Part shown: piece after piece, positions 1 through 9,033 of the stretch
How positions within the stretch are numbered: position 1 is the stretch's first letter
How the letters are laid out: each line of letters begins with the position of its first letter
Sequence record: SRR2962707_2065
Length of the DNA stretch: 43,603 bases
Reading direction: 5' to 3' (one strand)
Position numbers and translations under genes: made by a program
The notes under the pieces: generated by a model
Databases searched by the model: none
The model's input: the letters and a program-made list of their open reading frames with translations, nothing else
Told to the model about the DNA's origin: nothing

Positions 1-130
1 TGCATTTGGTGTTTTCCTTATCGGCGTTCCCATGGGCAGCGTGACCGGCGGGGACAAAGAAGGTTTGATCTCCGTTTCCAAAGGTAAAATTCAATCAATG
101 GAAGCGGTAAGTAAAAATAAGGGCTGCTAG
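1..130 (+). CDS. 3' end of a small hypothetical (probably exported/lipo-) protein, cut by the window edge
   Basis: Frame 2 is open from the edge: AFGVFLIGVPMGSVTGGDKEGLISVSKGKIQSMEAVSKNKGC*, with TAG at 128-130. It resembles the C-terminus of small alphaproteobacterial lipoproteins. Confidence 0.55.
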   Translation, partial: AFGVFLIGVPMGSVTGGDKEGLISVSKGKIQSMEAVSKNKGC

Positions 131-234
131 ATCAAGTAGACAAAGCGTCTGCACGACCTGTCAACAACATACCTTCGATACGGTGCTGAAGTCTGATCGT
201 CTCCATTGTGTTATAACGCAAAACCACAGGAGTT

Positions 235-1212
235 TTGACAGTGACAAACGAGCCCTTGGCACCCTATCGCCTCTCAGAGGCATTTATCGGCGGACGAACT
301 TTTCAAATTGACGAAGCACAATATGCGACGCTTAACGATTCGCTAACTATGATCGCTTCGGCTATGGACATCGAAGAGTTATTTCAGGTCTTTGCGCAGT
401 CCTTTCTTAGGTTTGAAAAAGATCTTCTAGAAATAAGTTTCGAGTTTAACAATCACGATAAAAACGACGCAACCGAACTTCATTTTCTTCTCAGAAATAT
501 TCGAAACCGCTTTAATGTAAACATCATAACGATTCTGACATCGTACCAAGGCTATGACCATCAATGTGACAGAATTCTCACTTCTTCGGTTAACCCGCCA
601 GAAGCGCAAGAATTCAACCTCGAAATACGTCGTTCAGCATTCGAAAAACATCTAAGTTATCGTGTTTGCGCGCTACTTAGGAACTATGCCCAACACCGAG
701 CGCTTCCACTGGGTGGATTTGATATTGGCGCTGACGCAAATTTCAGTCGTGATGATTTAGGTAAACTCATAAAAGGTGACACGGGATTCAATGTTTCTCC
801 TTGGCTGGACGTCTTGACCTTTAAGGCATCTTCACAGTGCAAAGCCTATCTTCAAAAGGAGCTAGATGGTCTCGGATACGAAAAAATAGATATTAAATGG
901 CTAATTCGTTCTTTTGCCAGCGCTATGTACGAGCGTCATGCCGCGCTCCGAGCATTTTTAAAGCCCAAGGTTGAAGCGGCAGGTAAAAATATCGATGCAG
1001 GATATAATTTCGCCAGCCTAGAAAAAAACAGCGAGGCAACATTCCTTGTGCTTCACGGAAAGGGTGAGAAACGCCACATGAGAAATGATCTGGCTACGCT
1101 ACTCTTGACGCAGTTTGAAACCTACTCATCACTGCAAAACGCCGAGAATGTGTATGTCACATCACAGATAAAGCAAAAAGAAAACACATACTCTGGCCAA
1201 ACTATTGAATAA
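235..1212 (+). CDS. Hypothetical protein with a HEPN-like RxxxxH motif (putative RNase/toxin)
   Basis: 325-aa ORF with TTG start after an AGGAG RBS. Helical sequence containing YRVCALLRNYAQH (RNYAQH at 679-696). Confidence 0.6.
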   Translation: MTVTNEPLAPYRLSEAFIGGRTFQIDEAQYATLNDSLTMIASAMDIEELFQVFAQSFLRFEKDLLEISFEFNNHDKNDATELHFLLRNIRNRFNVNIITILTSYQGYDHQCDRILTSSVNPPEAQEFNLEIRRSAFEKHLSYRVCALLRNYAQHRALPLGGFDIGADANFSRDDLGKLIKGDTGFNVSPWLDVLTFKASSQCKAYLQKELDGLGYEKIDIKWLIRSFASAMYERHAALRAFLKPKVEAAGKNIDAGYNFASLEKNSEATFLVLHGKGEKRHMRNDLATLLLTQFETYSSLQNAENVYVTSQIKQKENTYSGQTIE

Positions 1213-1312
1213 CTAAAGAGTTTGCCTGTTCTCATCAAGCTGACATAGCTCCATACCTAATTGTCAATCAGCCCTGCCACACTTTTGAAAGCAGGCTGAA
1301 CTCCTCTCTCCC

Positions 1313-1654
1313 TTAGCTTGACCACGGCTTCTCAGTAAGATTCAGCGCATGGGTTGGACACCTAAAAAAATACACCCGATCAAAGGCGGATTGTATCGGC
1401 CGTTCAATCTCAGCGTCCGCAAAGTTCGTTGCACCTGAAACTAATAAAACTTTCGGTCGCTCTTTGGGAAGAATAATCGGAGGAACCATACCTGAAACAA
1501 TGACAAGCCAGCTCTCATCACACTGCCTGTAGCCCTTAAGAGCCTCATGCTTCTTTTCGAGGATTGGGTTTAAAGAAACTTCCGAAAAAGGCTCCACAGT
1601 GCCGCCGCGTGAGCATGTGACGGCCGAGGAGTTCTGTCCGTCATTGTAAAATTG
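1313..1654 (-). pseudogene. 5'-truncated remnant of a hypothetical protein (possibly nuclease-fold)
   Basis: The frame stays open upstream of the GTG (QFYNDGQNSSAVTCSRGGTVEPF...) up to a stop at the edge of an AT-rich tract, with no RBS or ATG. The pattern ILEKK..LKGY..CDESWLVIV...FDRVYFF looks like the C-terminal half of a larger protein. Confidence 0.45.
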
Positions 1655-2030
1655 TTATATAGAAATAATTATTTCTGATTAGTTCGCGAAAACGATCAAA
1701 TAGGCGCTGATAACAGCTGCAGTGTACTTAGCAAAAAAAATGCATATGTTTATACACAACAAAGTTTAATTGCTGCTTTGTAGCTAATTGTCGCAATAGG
1801 TTTTTACAAAAGACAATTATTTTAATTAATTTCCGTAAAGTTTTGTGAAAAAGTAGTTGAATTAAATCGCCTTTATTGCCCAAATTATTTTACGAAGATT
1901 TTAAGACTTCAGGAAAGAAATAATTGACCCCACAAATTTCTGATTTTCCCTTTTGCGCTTTGAAGGCAGTCATTATCCATGATACCGATCTCTTGATGTA
2001 TTTCTGAAAATTATCATCGAGAGCAAAAAT

Positions 2031-3080
2031 ATGGTTACTGAAGATGAAAATCCCGCAATTTGGGAAGCTTTCTGTACTGCGCTCGGCACCGAGTATCGCG
2101 AAGCTCAGGAAATAGTCGGCGCGAGTGGAATATCACATCCTGTCGAAGGTATAGGTGTAGATGACAAGGGCAAGCGTCTGGTCTTAGTCTCTGGCGAATA
2201 TAACCCCCGAATTGCTGCTCTTCTTCGGGTCGATGTACAAGCGACCATGACGGACGTTCGGGTGCTGGTTGCAAGGCCCCTAGCGCTCGATCTCGCTCAT
2301 ACCGCGCGAAAGATGTTCTTCACCGACGACGGTGTACTTGACATGCAGAGTATAATGCAGCTTTCCAAAATGGCCGAACAAGGTGACCGCGCTCAAGACT
2401 TTATGAAAGAAGCCTATGGGCCGTCGGCTACCGCACTTCTAAACTCAATGTCTAAAAGCAAACTTCCAGTTAGGTCTCACGTGCTTAATTTAGTTGAGCA
2501 GCTCACGTCATTGAACTGGGACCAAATGACGAAGCCAAACAAAGAGCAAGATTTGCTACAAGTTGCGGTTAATGTTCTCACGCAGTTTTCAACTATGGAC
2601 AACCTTGCCGCGGACCGCTCTCAGGGTATTTGTCCGATACCTACTTATGAATTGACGGATGCCGACTGGGAACTGTTTCAGAACCTAAAACATATTGAGG
2701 AAATCCAGGCAAGACTTCGGGAATTGAACATTTACCAATACTTTTACCCCCCAGCTGACAGCCTAGCATTGGGATTGATCGATAATGGCATAGCTACACA
2801 CTCAGAGATCGCCAGTGGCGTGGCGATAGCCGAGGCGCAAGGTCATCAGGTATCCAAAAACGCTCTGCTTGCAGACGTGACCAATTTCCAGGAAATTGTC
2901 GAACAATTGAAGGCAAGTGGTTATGCCATGGAGGGTGAATTCGCGATGGAGTTGACAGAAAAAGGGAAGGTGTTTCGACAATCTGTTAATATTAGGCCAA
3001 GCGAAAGCCTTTTTCAGAAGCTCTCACGACTTATGTCAGTGAAAGTGAACATAGATATTAAAGATTTGTTCGATCGATAG
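2031..3080 (+). CDS. Hypothetical protein with a restriction-endonuclease-like N-terminus
   Basis: 349-aa ORF with ATG after GAG. IVGASGISHPV resembles the G-x-SG-x-x-H motif of Mrr-like domains. The C-terminal LKASGY...ELTEKG resembles a winged-helix wing. Confidence 0.55.
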   Translation: MVTEDENPAIWEAFCTALGTEYREAQEIVGASGISHPVEGIGVDDKGKRLVLVSGEYNPRIAALLRVDVQATMTDVRVLVARPLALDLAHTARKMFFTDDGVLDMQSIMQLSKMAEQGDRAQDFMKEAYGPSATALLNSMSKSKLPVRSHVLNLVEQLTSLNWDQMTKPNKEQDLLQVAVNVLTQFSTMDNLAADRSQGICPIPTYELTDADWELFQNLKHIEEIQARLRELNIYQYFYPPADSLALGLIDNGIATHSEIASGVAIAEAQGHQVSKNALLADVTNFQEIVEQLKASGYAMEGEFAMELTEKGKVFRQSVNIRPSESLFQKLSRLMSVKVNIDIKDLFDR

Positions 3081-3332
3081 GAAGGAGCAGAGGCATCCGC
3101 AACTGCCATTCACAAATTCTGATTTATGGAATGACGAAAAAGTCCAAATGAAATATATATATAATTCGCGATAACATTCAATTATCAAAGCTAATTGATG
3201 TAAAAAAGGGAGGGGTTAAAACTCTCATTTATGATATTTATAAGGGCACATTGCCTTATATAACTGCAAAAGCTGCTAAAAACTCTGATCTAGTGGACAT
3301 CGACCACATGTACTAGACATTACTAATCATGC

Positions 3333-3644
3333 CTATTTGATCAGGTTATAGAAAATTTGGTGCATCCAGCTGCAATCAGGCATTCCGCGTTTCGCCAAGC
3401 AAACAAATTCGTCACGCTCTTCGTCCACACGAACACTATCTGTTTTGTCGATCGCGCTGCACCTACCTTCGAGGTATGCTTGGATCACAAACCGTTGTGC
3501 TGCTTCTTTATCAGCACTTTCCATCAACATATGCAGTTTTTTAGCATCACCATAGTATTTGCATGCGATACCTCCAATTTCATCTTGTGCACTCACAGAC
3601 GTCATTCCGCACAGAATAAAAATAAATACTAGAATTGCTCTCAT
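3333..3644 (-). CDS. Small secreted hypothetical protein
   Basis: ATG at 3644 follows a strong GGAGGAGG RBS. Signal peptide MRAILVFIFILCGMTSVSA, and four Cys in the mature part. Confidence 0.7.
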   Translation of the reverse strand: MRAILVFIFILCGMTSVSAQDEIGGIACKYYGDAKKLHMLMESADKEAAQRFVIQAYLEGRCSAIDKTDSVRVDEERDEFVCLAKRGMPDCSWMHQIFYNLIK

Positions 3645-3788
3645 TTCCTCCTCCAAAGTAGCCGCATTTATTTTCGCAAATCACTAATTCTACAAATAAA
3701 ACCGCGTTTTCTAGACATCCCTCAGGTTCATTTTCGCTGCTTTTAAAAGTCTGCAGGTGAAAGCAGCGTAATGATCGCGCCATCTAGA

Positions 3789-6700
3789 TTAAGGATGCCA
3801 ACGTTCACCAACTGCGGCCCGTTCGTCTTGACGTAGACCATCCCATTCATAACCTTCTGCTATTGTGATGATCATCGCTGAGACACGGGGATAGGAGTTC
3901 CCATATCGCCTAGCAAGAGCACGATAGTTACCTGCCAACTTCCGCTCCTGCGCTCCACCGTCATATGGACCGCGAGAGGTTACCCCACGCGCATTGCTTA
4001 CGCCCAAGCAAAACCGTTCACGCAAACCATCGTTTTGCTGACGGTTCAATAATTCAAGAACACAAGTAGGCAACCAATCATCCCAAGGTCGCCGACGAGC
4101 TAACCGCGCCAGCAAGGCCCCAAAATGAATTTGGGCAACCTCTCTTCGATCCGCCTCAGCGGCACCAATTAAAGCCTCATCGACCCAAGAATAGAAATCT
4201 TCATCGACTATTTCGCCATCCAAAGCGCTACCCGGAATTATTTCCCAACCTTCTAGTATATGGCGTGCCAACTTAGCTAGAAGTTCTTGTTTATCCTCAG
4301 TAAAATCATATTGAGAGGGTTCGAGCGCACCATCGCTTCGCTGATATCTCCAGCGAAGCAGTTGAACAAAAAGCATAGGTTTACGAGCTAATTCGCGATG
4401 CACTGCGAGAGTGCGTGTGTGGTTGCGATGTCCGTGCCTGCAAAGCAGCGGAACGAAAAACAATTCAAGATTTGCGATCTGTTCATCGGTTATTTCATCA
4501 GAAGCATCAAGTTGCTGGAGCACATCATCCAATTCGTAGGAGCTGGGGAATGGTCCATTTGGCTCTTCCCCCTGTCCCATAGCTTGCAGAATACGCATCC
4601 ACTGCTCAGCTGAAAGCCGATCTTTAACAAATGAAACGGCTGAAAACACAGATCGCGGCCGACTAGCGGCAAGCAATTTGTCAACAACATAATCAATTTC
4701 TTCCGGTGCCATGTCGTCCCGTACATGAATGTAAACTGAACTCCAAAACGCTGACGCAATATCATCACCCAAAGCCTCAGCGACGTGCCAACCAACTGAA
4801 CGCCCGGGGAGATGCTCAGCAAACCTCTTTCGTTGCTCTTCCATCTCAAGCAAACCTTGCTCAGTGAGCGCTGTGCTTACAGAACGCAAATCATTCCAAC
4901 TGGCATTCCATAATACCTGTTGCAGGAAGGCGTCGGAGCGATCATTCGGTTCTTCACGTAGTGCTGCACTAACCCAACGCGTCGCAGTCTCAAGACTTGC
5001 GTTTTGAGGAACCAATACCCTCGCAACCAAATCAGGCTGCTTTACACCTAGGGCGAACGGAAGAATTGCGTCTTCTCCAAATTGCTCTTGGATTTCAGTT
5101 AATGCTATGCGGCGTCTCTCTTCAATAATGGCCTCACGCTCCCGCCACGAAATACGCCCTTCACCTTCGTCTTCTGCCAATGCACGCCACTCTACATGGG
5201 AGCTTTTAAAAAGCCATCGATGGCGTGCCGTAGCGGAGTGCGGTTCTAGCGCGTCCTCAATTCGCTTAAGCGCGGTAACTAGTTCTTCTTCGTTATCGTT
5301 GTGCTGATACGCACGCAAAACGTCACGCTGCCGAAGAATATCCCGAAGCTCGGCCTTGTCTTCATCATCGGCACCATTTGACCAACGTTCCACTTCGCTT
5401 ACTAAGCGTTTTAAATCGTTTGGGTGCAGTCTTATTGCCACTTCAATCAGAAGCTTAAGTTCAGCAATGTCGCAGGGCGCTAAATCCAAAAGCAAGTGGC
5501 TGGCTTCAATTGCTGCATTAAGTACTTCGACGTCGGTTGGACTAGGCACTTCTTCTTCCAATGCTCGCCATTGTGGTCTCGCAGCTCTAGAAGCAAATCC
5601 CGGCCCGCCTTCTGGTAAAAGTGAAATACACACGTCAATGACAGGACCTCGAAAGCTGTCTGAAAGGCCACGCAATACCGCCATCCGGTCAGGCATTTTA
5701 AGGGCTGTGGCTGGCAACCACGCCAAAAACAGCGAACGGGCCGTTGATTTTGGCGAGTTTGACCAGTTGTCTTCAACCTCAAGTCCTCTTAAGCCAAATA
5801 TGATTTCTGCCACCCGCGAAAAATGAGCCGGATGCCAAGCCAGTAACTCTAATGCCCAAAGTAGGTCCGTTCTTAGGCAGTCGCCACTAATTCCCCCTTC
5901 TACTGTACCCATAATTGCACTGATCGGTGGGGTTGGCCTACTAAGCTCATATTCCAAACAATCGAGAAAGGCCGTGGGCGACGCTTCGGCGAGCATTCTC
6001 AGATGGCCGCGGATTGTAAGCCAGCGTTCCGCATCTGCGTCCTGAAGGAGCTTACGGACAACTTGATCAGCGCGATATCGCAAATCAATACCTAGCCGAT
6101 CACCACAAATTTCAGAGCCATAAATAGACACAATACATAAAGCATCGCCCAGACCGGAGAGTAGCGCCCCAGAGTTGCTTCGCGTGTGACCCAATGCATC
6201 AGCCATCCACCATTGTTCTTGCGGAAGGTCCAGCGCAGGATCTCTATCCCCCAAAATTTCCGGCAATAGTTGGAAAAAGCGGTCTAAATCTTCTCGCTCG
6301 ATATACGGCCCAACAGCAAAAAGTGCGTCTAATTGGGAAACAACCACATTTACATGGCCATAACGGGCAATTGGAGCGTCATCAAGTGCCAACAATTCTT
6401 GCTGAATGCGTACGACATCTCCTTTTTCAAGTTCACCAAGGAGTTGAATTATTATTTCATCATCCATGTTTTCACGCTCTACCCAAGAGCCAGCAAGCGC
6501 AAAAGGTAGTAAGAGCTTGGCTGATGCGCGATTGCGCGCCCAAAGTGGTCGCCTGACCTCAGGATCGCTTGATAGATGACGGCGTAAAACCGGAACCGAA
6601 TGACCCGTCTTCAATGCCATGCTTGTAGCTTCGTCGCGCGGTAGTCCCATGGCCTCAAGCTCAGAACGGAACGTCTCAGAAGGAACATGTGAAAGCAAGA

Positions 6701-7580
6701 GTGCATCTCTGACATCCAAACGGCCCTTGGGATAAGCACGGACAATGGTGATGTTTCGCCGGTCCCCAAAGTCTAACTCTTCACCTTCAGCTACATCCGC
6801 TACAACAATCAAACGGTTCGGGCCGGAAGGAATTCTGGCATCACTGGAGGTGGCCACAAGAGTGCGATCAAGAAGATCAAGTGCATCAGCTTCTATTAAA
6901 GACGAAACGACAAACGCAACGGCCTCTTCCCTGTCATCAGCTTGAACTGGAATGACGCGCGAACCATCGCGCAGCTTAGACAGCAGTGTCTCTCGCTCTG
7001 TATGCCGCCTTGTCGAGACAAGTTTCATGGTGATTGGTGGCACAGACGCGGTTGCCCACGCTTGCCACCACTCTTGCGGTGTTTTTAGGCCTGTGGAGGC
7101 TACTCCGATTTTTTCACCTAGCCAACGTGTGGTCGCGGGAGCCTCTTCTAGCCAAGTTTCGAGGTCGATAGCATCAAATGCGTGCACGGACGCCCAGCGG
7201 CCCTCCCGACGTCGCTCCGCAAGCCAAACGTCTTTGCTGCCCCACCTTCTGGGGGTTACAAAGACAAAACTGCTGGCCAAGCGATCTTCCAGAGGAGTTT
7301 CATTAGTTCGCTTGGAATAGTCACCATCTGCTTTTATACGCGGGTCTTGATTGCAACCCATTTCCCAAACGCTTCGGCCTTCCGGAACCCAAGTAGTTGC
7401 AGTATCGCATTCAACTTGACCATCCAGACCTGCCAAATCAACAGCTTCATTGCCAGGAAACCGTAACACTTTTAGATTTTGTGTAGTTTCCCGGATCAAT
7501 CTGCGAACTAGAATAGGCAGGTTGCTTCGACACTCATGGCGGTCAGCCCACTGGCGAATTTTCGTTTCGTCAATCAACAT
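3789..7580 (-). CDS. Large protein: N-terminal PD-(D/E)XK-like nuclease, degenerate STAND/P-loop-like region and helical C-terminus (candidate defence protein)
   Basis: 1263-aa ORF. N-terminal motifs GLDG...WEMG...KADGDYSKRT, FVFVTP and DAIDLETWLE. A Walker-A-position segment IPVQADDREEAVAF and a Walker-B-like LIVVAD. Long Leu/Trp-rich helical region. Confidence 0.65.
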   Translation of the reverse strand: MLIDETKIRQWADRHECRSNLPILVRRLIRETTQNLKVLRFPGNEAVDLAGLDGQVECDTATTWVPEGRSVWEMGCNQDPRIKADGDYSKRTNETPLEDRLASSFVFVTPRRWGSKDVWLAERRREGRWASVHAFDAIDLETWLEEAPATTRWLGEKIGVASTGLKTPQEWWQAWATASVPPITMKLVSTRRHTERETLLSKLRDGSRVIPVQADDREEAVAFVVSSLIEADALDLLDRTLVATSSDARIPSGPNRLIVVADVAEGEELDFGDRRNITIVRAYPKGRLDVRDALLLSHVPSETFRSELEAMGLPRDEATSMALKTGHSVPVLRRHLSSDPEVRRPLWARNRASAKLLLPFALAGSWVERENMDDEIIIQLLGELEKGDVVRIQQELLALDDAPIARYGHVNVVVSQLDALFAVGPYIEREDLDRFFQLLPEILGDRDPALDLPQEQWWMADALGHTRSNSGALLSGLGDALCIVSIYGSEICGDRLGIDLRYRADQVVRKLLQDADAERWLTIRGHLRMLAEASPTAFLDCLEYELSRPTPPISAIMGTVEGGISGDCLRTDLLWALELLAWHPAHFSRVAEIIFGLRGLEVEDNWSNSPKSTARSLFLAWLPATALKMPDRMAVLRGLSDSFRGPVIDVCISLLPEGGPGFASRAARPQWRALEEEVPSPTDVEVLNAAIEASHLLLDLAPCDIAELKLLIEVAIRLHPNDLKRLVSEVERWSNGADDEDKAELRDILRQRDVLRAYQHNDNEEELVTALKRIEDALEPHSATARHRWLFKSSHVEWRALAEDEGEGRISWREREAIIEERRRIALTEIQEQFGEDAILPFALGVKQPDLVARVLVPQNASLETATRWVSAALREEPNDRSDAFLQQVLWNASWNDLRSVSTALTEQGLLEMEEQRKRFAEHLPGRSVGWHVAEALGDDIASAFWSSVYIHVRDDMAPEEIDYVVDKLLAASRPRSVFSAVSFVKDRLSAEQWMRILQAMGQGEEPNGPFPSSYELDDVLQQLDASDEITDEQIANLELFFVPLLCRHGHRNHTRTLAVHRELARKPMLFVQLLRWRYQRSDGALEPSQYDFTEDKQELLAKLARHILEGWEIIPGSALDGEIVDEDFYSWVDEALIGAAEADRREVAQIHFGALLARLARRRPWDDWLPTCVLELLNRQQNDGLRERFCLGVSNARGVTSRGPYDGGAQERKLAGNYRALARRYGNSYPRVSAMIITIAEGYEWDGLRQDERAAVGERWHP

Positions 7581-7958
7581 ATTGCCACCTTTGCCACCGT
7601 AAAATGCAACTTATTTACATAAATGGTATTTGAGCCGGTTAATGACAACCCGTAATTGCAATAGTTGGTTACGTAACGTTAATTTACCAATTACATGGCC
7701 GCTGCGGATTTACGAATTTTGTCCACATAATGGAAATACAACTAACGATAACTCCCAATTTTCAATTCTAACTGCAGGCACAAAAAATCCTTTTGGCTAG
7801 CAAATTACAAAAGTATAATGCAAAATATGGTTCGTAAGTTTATGAAATAATTCTAGAATAAGCTGATAGGGCCTATTAAAGTAGATTATTACTGCGTAAT
7901 GTTGAAACGCCTGCTCGTCATGTATTTGGTTGGTTAGCTCGAATTACAAAGGCCGAAA

Positions 7959-8780
7959 ATGAACATCCCAACGTGGGCCAAAGCCAAGGCAAAATTGAGC
8001 GTGAAGGTAAATGATATTTATCGTCCCTTTATGTCAACGCCTGATAGTATGAAGCGATATGTTCGACCTGCTTTGTTCAGCACAGGCGATCCTGCATTTG
8101 AATTACGATACTTTGGGACAGCACTAATGGCAAGTTACTGCGATGTGCGTTTCGCGATTACAACCGCTCATCAAGTGGATACAAAGAAGGATGCGCCTGC
8201 AGCGGAGACTTTCGTTGTGGTCGTCGAAGGGCCTAGCGGGAAAATTGCGCTTCCCCCGGCATCTTATAACCAGCCTAGCTTCGCCGAAACGGAGTACTCT
8301 TCACTTAACGATTTAGTGTTCTTTGACTATGAAAACGATGTTGTAAGCAAAGGTGTAGATTTCCTGAATTTATCACAGGTGTTTTGGTCAGACGACCGCG
8401 ATTTGAATACTGATTACTCCTTTGTGATCGGTTACCCGACGAGTTCAGTAGCAATCGAAGTTGATTTAGACAATGGATCATCATTGTCGGAATTTGTTTT
8501 GCGCTGGGTAAGGCAGGATCTGCAGTCTGCTCCAGCAGAACCAATGGATACCGAAAATAGAAATATTTTTGTAAAACATGAAGGTTCAAAGCGTATCAGT
8601 ATAGAGCCAGATGGCCTTAGTGGGTCACCCGTTTTCTCCATCGTTTCTAACAGTTCAAAAGAGCGGCAGCTGAAATTTGAAGGTATAGTGACCGATGCAA
8701 ATAAGGATCGGTTTGCCGTGTATCCAAGCTCATTAATCAGGAAATCGCTTGATTGCATTCTAGAAAAACAAGCTAGTTAG
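7959..8780 (+). CDS. Trypsin-like (PA clan) serine protease, cytoplasmic
   Basis: Catalytic triad motifs in order: ITTAH (His), NDLVFF (Asp), DGLSGSPVF (Ser). No signal peptide or PDZ domain. Confidence 0.75.
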   Translation: MNIPTWAKAKAKLSVKVNDIYRPFMSTPDSMKRYVRPALFSTGDPAFELRYFGTALMASYCDVRFAITTAHQVDTKKDAPAAETFVVVVEGPSGKIALPPASYNQPSFAETEYSSLNDLVFFDYENDVVSKGVDFLNLSQVFWSDDRDLNTDYSFVIGYPTSSVAIEVDLDNGSSLSEFVLRWVRQDLQSAPAEPMDTENRNIFVKHEGSKRISIEPDGLSGSPVFSIVSNSSKERQLKFEGIVTDANKDRFAVYPSSLIRKSLDCILEKQAS

Positions 8781-9033
8781 CTTCGATTGCTTCTAGAGAG
8801 CGCGTATAGTGATCCGCGAGCTGGTTTTTCTTCATCTTTAATAACTCTGTTTCTTCATGCTCGGGACATTTTAGCACTCAATGATAGCCAAGCCATACTC
8901 AGCGCCGTTGGCCCTGTCGCGATAGCTCCCAATTATCACGACCAAAAATGCATCAGCTCGATGGTCTCTTAGCCTTCAATGCTTTTACTTAATGTGATCG
9001 ATCGTTTGTAGTCTAATCTAGTTGTCACCGGCG

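Noticed and set aside
4398-7466. Multiple 60-160-aa ORFs antisense to or nested in the 1263-aa gene, and similar ones throughout the catabolic operons
   Set aside because: These are shadow ORFs with Ser/Arg/Ala-rich composition, no motifs and no RBS.
8787-8972. 61-aa ORF after the protease (also 28748-28930 and 39739-39942)
   Set aside because: TTG starts, no convincing RBS and no recognisable motif. They may be decayed remnants but cannot be supported.
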